A stretch of DNA of 63,513 bases, the filler included, from Octopus bimaculoides (lineage: Eukaryota): NCBI RefSeq assembly GCF_001194135.2. It is 2 parts of 2 records of this genome, joined end to end, with 100 filler letters (N's around TTAATTAATTAA, not from the genome) between each part and the next. Parts side by side here need not be neighbours in the genome. Positions count along the whole stretch, not along the records: positions 1 to 31,692 come from NC_068996.1; 1 more part is not named here. One strand, given 5' to 3'. Both the position numbers and the translations under genes were made by a program. Below the pieces are notes generated by a model. It did no database searches. It had not been told where the DNA came from and saw nothing but the letters and a program-made list of their open reading frames with translations. Shown one piece after another: positions 1 through 14,360 of the stretch. How positions within the stretch are numbered: position 1 is the first letter of the stretch; every line of letters begins with the position of its first letter.

Positions 1-31
<31 letters not shown>

Positions 32-1426
32 ATATATACATATATATATGTATATATGTATGTATGTATGTATATGTATGAATGAATGAGTAACATTTGG
101 TGAAATATAGCTTAGCATGCAGTTTTATTTTGTTGAAAACTGAAAGTAAATTGTCTTTAAAATTTGAAAATAAATTAGAACAGAAACTGGAAGTAACGAT
201 GGTGACATTAGAAAATGTTCTAAAAAGAACATATAGAAGACGTTCATTATGCCACATCTATAAACACCAACAAGTATAGCACCTTCTAGTGATGTGTTCG
301 GTATTTCAAAAATAGTAGCTGAAGTACAATGTTTCTAGCTACTCAATATTGAACACCATCTCTGAAAAAAGCAATTCAATGGTTTGTATGTTGGTAGATA
401 ACAGCCAACACAGTTATATATCAGCATTGCAATAATCCTGAACAATTAATGAATTATTATAGAGAAAAAACGAATTGGAAACGGTGGCATTGTTCTTGAG
501 GATTCACTAGGAGTATATGAGCCGAAAGTCCTCAGTATGGCTTTAAATTGCATCCAGTAGTGGGGACCTGGTATAGGAGTTCCATGGTTTTGAGAAGTGT
601 AGAACCACCTCCTATCCACTACTGTTCTCAAATCTTATCTGACTCACGAGTCGTAACATCTGTCAGGATCCCAGCAATGGGTTAATTAAGCATGGTATGT
701 TGAAATCATGAGATGCAGCATGGTGGATGTGAAGCATTTCAGCAAATGAACTCATTCAATCAATAATAAATATCACCAGATGCAGAGTGGATGAACAGAC
801 AATAAAGTGTTAATGGCCAGGATCAACCAGTTCAGTTGGTGAACCATTGCTATCATCTGTATTTGTGGTGTGCGCAGATAAGATATTTAGCTAGCAAAAG
901 ACTAATGTGACTAAAACCTAAGCCAGATGTTCATGCTGCATCACTTGATCAAGACAACTGGTATAAGAGGTTAACATTTGTATTTGCAAGTCACCCAACA
1001 TAAATGGATGGATGATAAGAGCCAATTCTGTTATTGAAAAGAACCATTTGACTCTACCATATGTATATGTTAGTAAAAGACTTCTGGTTTCTGTTGCAAT
1101 TTGCTTTCACTGTTTCTAAATTGGTAAGTAAACTGCATGTTAACCCAATCATACAGCTTACACATGCTCTACATAGTTATCTTGTATCTTCGGTGTCATG
1201 TGTTGCATAAGAACTATTGCGATATGTTTGGCAACAGAGACCTAGTTCTGATTCTCAAAGTCTGGGGAATCAAGAAAACATTTTGACTCACAGCAGTTTC
1301 TAGCTTTCTATGTAGCTCAGGTGAAAGTCATTATGGCATTTTGCCCCACATCTAGGATGGTGCAGCTGCTAAACTCTCACACACACGCGTGTGTGTGTCT
1401 GTGTGTAATATAATATGTACATACAT

Positions 1427-2115
1427 AGGCGTGGCTGTATGGTGAAGAAGGTTGCTTCTCAACCATGTGATCTTGTTTTGGTCGTGTGTGGTACCTTGGG
1501 CAATTGTCTTCATACCTTAGCCCTGTTAGTGGATTTCGTGGGTGGAAACTGAAAGAAGCCCATTGTGTACATACATAATGTATGTATGTATCTATCTATC
1601 TATCTATCTATATATATATATATATATANNNNNNNNNNNNNNNNNNNNNNNNNNNNNNNNNNNNNNNNNNNNNNNNNNNNNNNNNNNNNNNNNNNNNNNN
1701 NNNNNNNNNNNNNNNNNNNNNNNNNNNNNNNNNNNNNNNNNNNNNNNNNNNNNNNNNNNNNNNNNNNNNNNNNNNNNNNNNNNNNNNNNNNNNNNNNNNN
1801 NNNNNNNNNNNNNNNNNNNNNNNNNNNNNNNNNNNNNNNNNNNNNNNNNNNNNNNNNNNNNNNNNNNNNNNNNNNNNNNNNNNATATATATGTGTATGTA
1901 TGTATGTATGTATGTAATATTTGTGTCTCTGTTTGTCTCCCTTTGCCCCTGAACAACTAGTGTTTGTTTCTTTATATTCTTGTAACTTATTGGTTCAGTG
2001 AAACAGATCAATAGAATTTAAAAAAAACAGTTCTGGGGTCAATTAGTACAACTAAACCCTTCAAGGCAGTGCCCCAGCATGGTCGCAGTGCAATTATTGA
2101 AACTTGTAAGTGATA
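1427..2115 (+). mobile_element. Same CORE-type SINE family, full-length copy spanning a microsatellite gap
   Basis: Head aggcgtggctgtatggtgaag...accttgggcaattgtctt; tail ccccagcatggtcgcagtgc...gaaac. Confidence 0.75.
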
Positions 2116-3325
2116 GAATACAAAAGATGTGAAAGTGATTTCTTAAGCAACTCTACAGAACATAGACATCATTACATACGTACTACTATGGCTGCTAGCT
2201 CCGGCACCAAACGTGACGAACATAAATTGCTACCTTCAATAGCTTGAAAATTTAGCTCACATATCTCCAGCTCTATTTACCAAGAATCGTTGTACCGATT
2301 TAGACCTGCATTCCTAAGAGATACGCATACACACAGCTTGTTATGTTGTTTACTTTTAGAAAGCTATGTGACCTTATCATTTTACAGTTCTCACTCGCTC
2401 CTATCTCTAGCACCCCCTCTCTTTCTCTCACTCTATCCCTCTCTATCTATTTATCTATCTATCTTTCTATATGTCTATCTGATTGTTTATGCGCTTACAT
2501 AGTGAGACATGTATACATGTATGTATATATCAGATATATATGTATGTATATAGATGTATGTATATAAATGTATGTATATAGATGTATGTNNNNNNNNNNN
2601 NNNNNNNNNNNNNNNNNNNNNNNNNNNNNNNNNNNNNNNNNNNNNNNNNNNNNNNNNNNNNNNNNNNNNNNNNNNNNNNNNNNNNNNNNTGGCCACAGTC
2701 AAAAGACTGAAACAAGTAAAAGAGTATATATATATATGTATGTATACAATTTTATATATATATTAGGTATGTATATATGTCTTTATATATGTCTATTTGT
2801 ATGTGTGTGTATGTATGTATGTATGTATGTATTTATGTATATATATATATATGTATATATGAGTATATGTATATATATGTATGTGGTTTCAGTCCCACTG
2901 CATGGCACCACCTTGGGTAAGAGTCATTTACTATAGTCTTGGACCAAGTAAAGCTGTATGAGTGGATTTGGCAGATGGAAACTGAAGTGTGTGTATGTGT
3001 GTATATATGTTTGTGTATCTATGTTTGTCCTGTGACTATCTCTTGACAACCGATGCTGGTGTGTTTACATCCCCATAACTTAGAAGTTCAGTAAAAGAGA
3101 TGAATAGAATGAGTACTAGGCTTACAAAGAATAAGTCCTGGTGTCAATTTGCTCAACTAAAAGTGGTGCTCCAGCATGGCTGAGACAAATAAAGGAATAT
3201 ATATATATATATATGTACATATATGTGTATACATGTATATGTATCTTCATATATATATATATGTGTGTGTTTGTGTATGCATATATATTTATATGCATAT
3301 ATATATATGCATATATATATAAATA

Positions 3326-3365
<40 letters not shown>

Positions 3366-3403
3366 TATATATATGCATGTATGTATGTATATGTATGTAT
3401 ATA

Positions 3404-3497
<94 letters not shown>

Positions 3498-3579
3498 TTC
3501 AGATGAATATAGTACTTCTGTTTAGACACCAGAATTTAGTACGGTATTATCCATACAATTTCAAAGTAAGGTGATTAAA

Positions 3580-3906
3580 ATCAAAATAAGCAACAAGGGT
3601 ATCCAGAGGTAATGCAGTACGATCGTTTCATGCAACTCCATTTAATTGAACAATGCAATCATTACATCAATCTAAGCTGAAATGAAGGCAGCATGTTCTC
3701 TGTGTATCTCCTTACATTTCTGGAGATATTAAGTAAAATTATACTAATGTGTCCATCTGTTCTAATTTAATTAAATTCTATGTCTTTTTCCAATAGAGGA
3801 TTGCTCTGCATTTTAAATTGATGTAAAGATTGCATTGTTCAATTAAATGGAGTTGCTTGAAACGATTGTACTGCATTAGCTCTGGATATCCTTGTTGCTT
3901 ACTTTG

Positions 3907-3908
<2 letters not shown>
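3580..3908. mobile_element. MITE with ~100-bp imperfect TIRs
   Basis: atcaaaataagcaacaagggtatccagag...tacatcaat is mirrored by attgatgtaa...ctctggatatccttgttgcttactttgat. Confidence 0.8.
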
Positions 3909-3939
<31 letters not shown>

Positions 3940-4150
3940 GCTATATATATATGTATATATGTCTATGTAACATATATATATGTAAGTAAAGTGCAGGTAT
4001 GGCTGAGTGGTAAGATGTTTACTTCCTGGCTACATAGTTTCAAATTCAGTCTCATTGCATGGCACCTTGAGCAAGTGTCTTCTATATAACACCATGCTGA
4101 CCAAAGCTATGTGAATGGATTTGGCAGATGAGAACTGAACAAAGCCCATT

Positions 4151-4189
<39 letters not shown>

Positions 4190-4417
4190 GACATTATGTG
4201 ATATTCATAAAACAATTGTCACTGTGTGTGAGAAGAAGTATCATTCATTTCCATTATTCTGCTAAAACATGTTCTGGGTATGTGGAAATATTACCTTGTC
4301 TAGAAACAGGCTAGGGTTGGCAACTGGAAAGGCATCTGGCCTTAGAAAATCTGCTTTAATAAACTGTCCAACCCATGCAAGCATCAAAATGTGGATGTTA
4401 AAATGATGATGACGATG

Positions 4418-4467
<50 letters not shown>

Positions 4468-5699
4468 TTATAATCAGATCAGATGTCTACGTGTGTATGT
4501 GTGCAATATATTTCTCTCGTAGGAGATACAGCGCACCTGCTGTGCTATTCCACCACTGCAGACATCAAAGTCATCTGTTGATTTGTTTTTCATTTGGGTG
4601 TTTATGCTCATAACTTGCATGTAGAAGGAATACATCAATACACGTGTGCATAGAACACACAAAATTTCCTGTCTGTTTGTCTGTCTGTCTATTTATCCAT
4701 CCATTCGTTCATCCATCTATCCACCTATATAAAATGTACATAAATATATATAGAGATATAGTCATATATGCACACATACATATTTGCATTTACACACACA
4801 CACACACACATACACACACCACACACACACATATGTATATATCATCATCATCATCATCACCATCATCATCATTGTTTAATACTCATTTTCTATGTTGGCA
4901 TGGGTTGGACAGTTTGACAGGAGCTGGCTAGACAGATGACTGCACCAGGCTTCACTGACTGTTTTGGCAGGGATTTTTCAGCTGGATGCCCTTCCTAACA
5001 CTAACCACCATATATACACATTCACACGCACACACACACACACACATGGTTACAATTATGCATACTCACATATGTTTAGAAACACTGTTTTTGTCTGTCC
5101 TGCATACCTGTACTTTGAGATGGACATATGATGCATAAAATCATGTAAACGACAAATAAGAGACGAGATAAAGTAAAAACATTTTAGTTGTTAGTTTTTT
5201 GCATAAAGAAATAAAAATACCCTAACATTTTGGACAAAGCAGTAAGTTGTCTGAGTTGTTAGTGCCTTCAACAAAAGACAGTAATATTTCTTCCAATTCT
5301 GTGTTCAAATTTTGTTGGGTTGAATTTGAAGGAACAGGTGTGGCTGTGTTTTAAGAAGTTTCCTTCCTGACTAAATAGTTCCAGGTTCAGTCACACACAC
5401 AGACACACATGTACATGCACGCATACTCACACACACACTAATACATACTTGGAATCATGCACACTCTGTGCAAGCATACACACAAAAACACAATGCAGTA
5501 ACGGACCAATTATTCAGTAAGGCTGAGATCAGAAATGTCCTGGGCTTCTGGATACAGCCTAAATATATACTTAAAATATACAGTAAATCTATGATAAGCA
5601 AGGAGCTTAAAATTCACTTAAAATTCTTAAAATCTATCAAACTGTACCATGAATACAGTCTATTGTTTATAGGATGAAAATTAAACAAAGAAATGTATA

Positions 5700-5974
5700 C
5701 AACATGATTTTATTTAATAGACACAGGTAGAGATATTTATTTCAATTCTAAAGGAGATTATCTTTAATTTTTATCAATCCATTAAAAAAAAAAAAAAAAA
5801 CCAAAACACTTTATGCACATTAAACCAACTTCAAAAACAGGGTGTGTTTGTTTATTCAACAGACGGTAAAGGATATTGCATGGTATTACATGATATTCCT
5901 GGATTTGTGGAAATTTCAGAATTCTGGAAGCTGGATAAATGGTCTGGTACATTATTCCTGTGTCTCTACTGCCT
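5700..5974 (-). other. Candidate terminal exon + 3' UTR of an unidentified minus-strand gene
   Basis: Strong acceptor ttttgtttcttttcaccgttttgcag| followed by unique sequence, a U-rich tract and ATTAAA/AATAAA near 5710-5720. No homology recognised. Confidence 0.3.
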
Positions 5975-7159
5975 CTGCAAAACGGTGAAAAGAAACAAAA
6001 CCACCCACACTCACATATTCAATTTATACTCTAACACACACACACACGCGCGCGCAGACAGACATACCTAACATTACTAAGATAACAAAAAGAAGCTAAA
6101 ATATGTTACGTATTTCTTTATCAGAACACACACACCCATATTAAGAGACATACATACATATGCACAGTTATACATACACATGCATACATATGTTTGTGTA
6201 TATGTACATAGTGCTATCTTCTGTTTGTTTCAGTCACTGGACTGTGACCATGCTACAGCACTGCCTTGAGGGGTTTAAGTCAAGCAAATTAACTCCATTA
6301 TTTCCTTTTTGTTTTGTGCTTGATATTTACTCTATTGGTCTCTTTCTGCTGAACTGCTAGGTTATGGGAACATAGGACAACACTGGTTGTCAAGTAGTCT
6401 GGTGGACTAACTCACGCACACACAAACACACACTCACACACACACACACACACACATATACCAGGCTCACAAGGTTTTTGTTGGCCTGGGGCTATATCAG
6501 AAGAGACTTGCTGAGGGTAATGTGTACTGGGACTGAGGGAGTGTATTCAACACTACATGGTTGGGAAGCAAGCTCCTTAACCACACAGCTACACCTGGTG
6601 ATGCAAACAGCAAACAGAGTTTATAACAAGGGACTATATATTGTTTGTATTTTTGATAATCGGCAGAAGTTAGGGAGTCATTCAAGAGCCAAGGGTTTTG
6701 TGCATTGACACTTTTCAAACTGGTTTCATATCGATGGCATTGCATTTATGTTGTCATCGTCATCATCATCATTATCATAACATCTACTTTTTCATGCTTG
6801 CATCAGTTAACAGGATTTATTTTGAAACAGATTTTCTACACCTGGGTGCTCTTCCTGTCACTAACCCTCACATGTTTCCAAAAGCAAGGTAACATTTCTC
6901 CATGACCTGACATATTCTCATAGAGTATTGTAAATGAATGATGACACTGCTTGTACGACAGTGACACTCATTTACAACTATCACATGATGTCAAGACAAG
7001 GACACACAATCACCCCCCNNNNNNNNNNCACACACACACATGCAGAAATCATCACCATCATCATCAAACCATCCTATCTATGCTGGCATGAGTTTGATGG
7101 TTTAACAAGGAATTAATGAGCAGCAGAACTGCATTGTGTTTCACTGTCATCTTTGGCTT

Positions 7160-7190
<31 letters not shown>

Positions 7191-7208
7191 TATATGTATG
7201 TATGTGTG

Positions 7209-7251
<43 letters not shown>

Positions 7252-7653
7252 ATGTGTGTGTGTGTATGTGTGTGTGCGTGTGTGTGTGTGTGTGCGTGTG
7301 TGCGTGTGTGTGTGTGCATATATATAAATATAATGATGATAGTAATAGTTAAGTAACCAAAAGATGGATTTGGTATTAGTCTTTATGTTGTATGACGATT
7401 GTTTATTATTATTATTATCTCAACTAACACTGAGGAATCCCTGGAGTAGATCCAACGAAAATATAACTCAACTGCAAATGACACCAGGTAGCCTAAACTG
7501 TGCCTGTGCTTTACTCAACACTTCAACACACTAATTGACATATGCCCATTAGTCCAGTATATATATATATATATATATATATAGCTCTCCTCTTTGTCAG
7601 GTCTAATCAAATCTTCCAACCCATGCCAGCATGGAAAACAAATGATGTTGATG

Positions 7654-7687
<34 letters not shown>

Positions 7688-9264
7688 TTCCCCAGACACA
7701 GTAAGAAGCTTGCTTTCCAACCACATGGCTCTGGGTTCAGTCCCACTGCGTGGCACCTTGGGCAAGTGTCTTCTACTATAGCCTTGGGCTAACCAAAACC
7801 TTGTGGATGGATTTGGTAAGCGGAAACTGAAAGAAGCCCAAGCATGGCACACACACACTTATTGGGCTTCTTTCATTTTCCATCTACCAAATCCACTCAC
7901 AAGGCTTTGGTTGGTGCCAGCCTATAGTAGATGGCACGTGCCCAAGGTGCCATGTAATGGCACTGAAACAAAGACCACATGGTTGTGAAGCAAGTGTCTG
8001 AACCATAAAACCATTCTTCTGCCTTATATAAGAATTGCTTAATACATGAGTTAAGTAGGTGCTAAATGAAGCAATTACTTTTGCTCATGTTATTATGCTA
8101 TACTTTACATTTTTACATATATAAGTATACTTTCCCCATACTAAACTGTTGGGTAAAGTATGTTATATGTTAACTTGTTTGCAAACCACTCTTTCTTCCT
8201 ACTATCAGGGTGTTCACACATTCTCATTTTATGTTCACTCCCAAATATTCACGTGTATTCTTGAATTTCAAGCAAAAATCAGAAAAACAGTGTGCCATGG
8301 TGAAATTAAGATTAGGATTTCTGGCAGAGTGTACCACATGAATAAAACATCTGAAACTTTAGTTCATATGTACTTTATTTCATATCTCTATGCCATCATA
8401 CCAACACAAGTTCTACCAGTTCAAACCACATTTATACCACACTGCATACCATCATACAAACATTGAGTCTACCTGATATGGTGATGGGTCTATGTCTGCA
8501 ACATACCACACACCATAATGTCAACAATTAGATCTACCAATTCTGATGGTGATAATTTTATGTACCACACTACTAAGGATGTTCTGGCTTTGGTCTTGAA
8601 ACTGCATCAGACAGTGGATCCCTGGTTCAAAAGTCCCAGGGTTTTCAAGAGTATGGAACCACCTCATTGCTACTATTGTTCCCAAATCTACCCAGATCGG
8701 TTGTTGTAGGATCTGTCAGGGTACCAGCTATGAGTTAAATAGCATGCTATGGAAGAAACTCAAAGAACAAACCCTCACTGTTTGGGAATGTCTTCAGAAG
8801 GGAAAAACTAGGGGAGTTAACCTTGATGCACCTGTGCCAGTGGCATGTTAAAAACACCCACTACGCTCTCGGAATTGTTTGTGTTTGGAAAGGCATCCAG
8901 CTGTAGAAACCTTGCCAGATCAGATTGGAGCCTGGTGCAGCCACTGGCTCTCCAGACCTCAGTCAAACCATCCAACCCATGCCAGCATAGAAAACGGACG
9001 TTAAAAGATGATGATGATTATAATGATGATACATATACACACATATATATAAATATGTATATATACACACATACACACACATGATTGACCGCTAGCTCCA
9101 AAAGTCATTTTATTCTCTTTCTGTTTATTCCCTCGTGTTCCTTTCCATGGAAGAGTGGAGGCTCAAAACGCAAAATACTTTCTCACCTTATTGACCGTTA
9201 ACCTAATACACCTGTTTGTTGTTTATACACCTGTCTTCATCTTTTATTTTTCTGTAAATTTCAA

Positions 9265-9369
<105 letters not shown>

Positions 9370-9373
9370 CATG

Positions 9374-9938
9374 CATAGCCTGGATGATTACTTTTTGAGT
9401 TAATATGTTTCAGATTAGAGTTAGGTTTATGATAAGGTCTGTAATTATCAGTAATTAAATTGAAGGTGACATCTAGGAAGTTGACAGATTCATGTTCATT
9501 TACTGTGGTGATAGATAAACCAAAGTTAATTCAAAAAAAAACCATGGAAATTTTTTTCTGTATAGATCCAATTTCCTATTTCAATCGTCACTATATAAAC
9601 TCCCAGTAATCTCCAGAAAGTCACTCCCTAACTTATACAGAATGTAAATGCCTACAATATCCATAACTTCAGCGGAAATCCCCAGCCCCCATAGGAATAT
9701 CAAAACCATCATAACTATTCTTTCTAACCCAAAACTTATTCTCAAATTCAATAACAGATCTTCTAGCCGTTAAAATGATCTTAATTTCATCCATACTTGG
9801 GTCAGTATTACTCTTAGCAAATATTAGGGCCTTGTTAACTTTGGTTTATCTATCACCATAGTAAATGAATATGAATCTGTCAACTTCCTAGATGTTAACT
9901 ATAATTTAATTACTGATATTTACAAACCTTATCATAAA

Positions 9939-9941
<3 letters not shown>
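9374..9941 (-). mobile_element. Penelope-like RT remnant with an inverted partial duplicate
   Basis: Minus 9838->9374 encodes NKALIFAKSNTD...FDIPMGAGISAEVMDIVGIYIL...GSLYSDD...NFGLSITTVNEHESVNFLDVTFNLITDNYRPYHKPNSNLKHINSKSNHPG. Plus 9835-9941 repeats NFGLSITIVNEYESVNFLDVNYNLITDIYKPYHKP. Confidence 0.85.
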
Positions 9942-9969
<28 letters not shown>

Positions 9970-10634
9970 NNNNNNNNNNNNNNNNNNNNNNNNNNNNNNN
10001 NNNNNNNNNNNNNNNNNNNNNNNNNNNNNNNNNNNNNNNNNNNNNNNNNNNNNNNNNNNNNNNNNNNNNNNNNNNNNNNNNNNNNNNNNNNNNNNNNNNN
10101 NNNNNNNNNNNNNNNNNNNNNNNNNNNNNNNNNNNNNNNNNNNNNNNNNNNNNNNNNNNNNNNNNNNNNNNNNNNNNNNNNNNNNNNNNNNNNNNNNNNN
10201 NNNNNNNNNNNNNNNNNNNNNNNNNNNNNNNNNNNNNNNNNNNNNNNNNNNNNNNNNNNNNNNNNNNNNNNNNNNNNNNNNNNNNNNNNNNNNNNNNNNN
10301 NNNNNNNNNNNNNNNNNNNNNNNNNNNNNNNNNNNNNNNNNNNNNNNNNNNNNNNNNNNNNNNNNNNNNNNNNNNNNNNNNNNNNNNNNNNNNNNNNNNN
10401 NNNNNNNNNNNNNNNNNNNNNNNNNNNNNNNNNATTATATGTATTTATTTTATCCTAATAAATATTAATTCGGATAGAATAAATGGGTTAATAGAAACCA
10501 AGGTAGCAAAGATCACAAAATAACTGTGGTGTAATTCCTGTTGGTGAGGCAGAAACTCCTTGATATTTTGGGTATTTAAGTATATATAAAAATTTAAGGA
10601 ATGGAGTAAACGCATGTTATAACTGCATACTTTA

Positions 10635-10718
10635 TTCCGACAAATGTTTCGAAGAATTACAATTTATGCGATCCATATGAATCGTCGATGTTAAAAATGT
10701 AAACTTCTCCTCAGGGAA
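10635..10718 (-). ncRNA. Minimal type I hammerhead ribozyme with extended stem II
   Basis: Minus strand reads ttcc-CTGAGGA-gaag...cttc-GAAAC-attt-GTC-ggaa: stem I ttcc/ggaa, stem II closed by gaag/cttc, near-palindromic stem III loop. It lies next to a PLE RT remnant. Confidence 0.7.
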
Positions 10719-11404
10719 ATGCATGGGAATCATCCTAAACGTAAGACATTATGACCGAGTATGATAACTATAGTTGACCCTAACCCTATACATATATATA
10801 TATACATATATGGCACTTTGCCATCATCTCTCTCCTCTTATCTCTTGCACTCTTGCTGTATTCCACTCTCCCTCTCTCTCTCTCTCTCTCTTGCCAAGTA
10901 ACCTTGTACCTCCTCTACATCAAGACACCTGTTTCTGTCTTCGTTCCTGATCTCTCAATTTCTCTCTCTCTGGCTGGCTAACCACGTACTTCCTCTATAA
11001 CAAGACATCTGTCCTTCTGTCTCACTCTAACCTTTCATCATCTGACATAAGATCACTTCCTCTAATGCCCCCTCCCCTCTTGAAAGTGTTTATGTTGAAA
11101 GTACTTGGTGACCTTGTCAGTACAGGTGCCACTTGAAAAGCATCCTATCAACACTGTAAAGTGATTGGTATTCAGAAGGGCATCCAGCTGTAAAACCTTG
11201 CCAAAACTGACCTCACCTGTGTTCATGTCATGTAAAAAGCACTCAGTCCACCTTGCTGAGTGGTTGGTGTTAGGAAGGACATCCAGCTGTAAAAATCATG
11301 CCAAAACAGTCACAGAAGTCTGGTGCAAGCTTCTGCCTGGCCAGCTTCAATCAAACCATCCCACCCATGCCAGCATAGAAAGCAGACTTTTAGCGAAGAT
11401 GATA

Positions 11405-11439
<35 letters not shown>

Positions 11440-11658
11440 CCCAAACACACACACATACACAAATGCACAGACACATGTACGTATATATATATGTGTATGT
11501 ATCTGTATGCGTACGTGTATATTTATGTATATATATGTGTGTGTGTGTGTGTATATATATATGTGTGTGTGTGTATATATATTTATGTATATATATGTGT
11601 GTGTATATATATCTGATGTATTCATATATATATATATATATATATATATCTTATGTAT

Positions 11659-11726
<68 letters not shown>

Positions 11727-12324
11727 TATGTATGCATAAACATACTGGCAACAACTCTGGCTCATTGAATGTAGTGTGTAGGCTATATTAGATTAAAATT
11801 GAAACAATGAATATATTATGAACACTGAACAAAGTTGGTGGATGAAATAACGTTATCAGTGACATGGATACTATTAAAAGAAACAAAATTAACTTAAACT
11901 GAATGAATCATCAGAGCATTTGCCATCAGCACAATTTACTGAGAGCCTCTATGCTAACGTCGGTTAGCCCAGGGGCTGGTAAATTCATTTCAGCTGCTGC
12001 TGTTGCTGAGAATTCAAGTTAAACTTCACCTGCCTTTCAATGTGAAATCAATGACATAATAGCGTGTGTCTGCTGGATTAAGGTTGACCTTAGAACAACA
12101 ACAACAACAGCAGCAGCAACAAATATTGATGATTTCCTACCCACAATTAATAGAATGCTGATGAGATAATAATACGCTGATATGCAACAAATCTGTATCT
12201 GTCTCTGCTTGTCCTTCTATATCGATGTCTGTCCGTCTCTATTTCTATGTTTCCATCTATTTATTTACCTACATCAGTCTTATCAAATATTTTCTTGATA
12301 ACTTACCTCTCAACCATGTAGTCT

Positions 12325-12620
12325 TAGGCTGCAGTCAACCGAAGCTTTGTGTGAGTGGATTTGGTAGACAGAAACTGAAAGAAGCCCATCATGTGTGTGT
12401 GTGTGTATGTATGTGTCTGTGTTTTGTCCTCTACCACTGTTTGACTACCAGTATTGCTTTGTTTACATCCCTGTAACTTAGCTGTTTATCAAAAAGAACT
12501 GACAGAATAAGTACCAAGCCTAAAAAAATATGTACTGGAGTTGATTTGTTCACTGAAAAACCCTTCAAGGTGGTGCCCCAGCATGGCCACAGTGCAAAGA
12601 CTGAAACAAGTAAAAGATAA
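12325..12620 (+). mobile_element. Same CORE-type SINE family, 5'-truncated copy
   Basis: gaagctttgtgtgagtggatttggtagacagaaactgaaagaagccc...ccccagcatggccacag...gactgaaacaagtaaaaga. Confidence 0.75.
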
Positions 12621-13927
12621 AAAATAGTGTATTTTCTTATTTCATTTAATTTTTATTGTTGTGAAATGTGCAGTAGTGACATTAAGCGAGAAAGAGACAG
12701 CACAGATTGGAGTGGAGCCAACTGCTAAAAACAACTGGCATGTTTTGGCCTTGTTTGACCTCCTCAGTGGAGCATATTCAACTTAGTTTCCAAGGAATCT
12801 GTTTAAGTTTATATCTATATTTATATAAGTATGTTTCTTCTTCATCATCATCATCATCATCATCATTTAACGTCTGTTTTCCATGCTAGCATAGGCTGGG
12901 TAGTTTGACTGGAAATGGCAAATTAGAAGACTGCCAAGCTCTACTGTTTTCTGCTTTGGCATGGTTTCTGCAGCTGGATGTCCTTCCTAATACCAACCAT
13001 TTTACAAAATGTACCCCGGGGTGCTTTTTACATGGCACCCATAGTAGTGGGGTCCCCAAGTGGAGTAGTAGTATTGAGGGATGTGGTTATGTGTCAAAAT
13101 ACATGGCCACCTACGGAGGGAAAGGGAGGAGAGAGAGATGGTGAAGATGTGAGTGGGGAATACACTGAGTTAGAAGGAAGTGTACATAAATGGAAGAAGA
13201 CAAAGGATTGGATAAGGGTGGGTGAAGTTAGTGAGAGAGATTTTGAAAGAAGAGTGGGAGGTGGTGGAGAGAATGTAGTGGGTGGGGGAGAAAGAGAGAA
13301 TCATCAAGGACAGGTTCATGTGGGAGATAGAAGGGAGGGGGAATACAATAAATTATGAACATGGGGGGAGGGNNNNNNNNNNNNNNNNNNNNNNNNNNNN
13401 NNNNNNNNNNNNNNNNNNNNNNNNNNNNNNNNNNNNNNNNNNNNNNNNNNNNNNNNNNNNNNNNNNNNNNNNNNNNNNNNNNNNNNNNNNNNNNNNNNNN
13501 NNNNNNNNNNNNNNNNNNNNNNNNNNNNNNNNNNNNNNNNNNNNNNNNNNNNNNNNNNNNNNNNNNNNNNNNNNNNNNNNNNNNNNNNNNNNNNNNNNNN
13601 NNNNNNNNNNNNNNNNNNNNNNNNNNNNNNNNNNNNNNNNNNNNNTATATATATAGTGATAGAAAAAGGCAAACAGAAGCAGAGACACATCATCATCATC
13701 ATTGGCGTTTTCCTATGTCCATTTTTGTGTGCTGGCATAGGTTGGTCAGGGTTTATTGTGGAAGATTTTCTACGACCAGTCACAGACCTTCCCCTGTTTC
13801 CAATGAAAGTTATTTCCTCACAAGTAAATATGTTTTCACAGAAGATTAGAAATGAATGGCTCCACTTGTATGGCAGTGACACTCATTTACAAATATTGCA
13901 GCATATCAAGATAGAGATTTAAATAAA

Positions 13928-13960
<33 letters not shown>

Positions 13961-14360
13961 CCCCACACACACACACACACATACACACACACTCACACGA
14001 CGAGCTTCTTTTAGTCTTTGTCTATCAAATCCAGACACAAGGCTTTGGTCGGTAGAAGACACTTGACCAAGGTGCCACACAGTGGGACTGAAACCTGAAT
14101 AATGTGGTTGAGAAGCAAACTTCTTATCACACAGCCACACCTTTGCCTGTCTGTTATAGATTGACACATTATTATCTCATGAACATTGTATTATTATTGG
14201 ATAGAAAATCATCGATACTTGTTGCTGCTGTTGTCTAGTCTTAGGTCAACCCTAAACTGGCAGACATATGTCATTGATTGCAGATTATTCAACGTGTCCT
14301 TTTTTAAGATGGAGTTTTAGCTGCTGTTTCTAGTTTCCCTGTAGAAATCTCTCTCAACTA

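Noticed and set aside
5841-5946. Plus-strand exon GVFVYSTDGKGYCMVLHDIPGF...
   Set aside because: Purine-rich acceptor and weak donor. The opposite strand has much better splice signals, and no homology was recognised.
9374-9941. L1-style twin-priming 5' inversion
   Set aside because: The minus-strand copy continues through the same segment present on the plus strand, so this is an inverted duplication, not a simple inversion.
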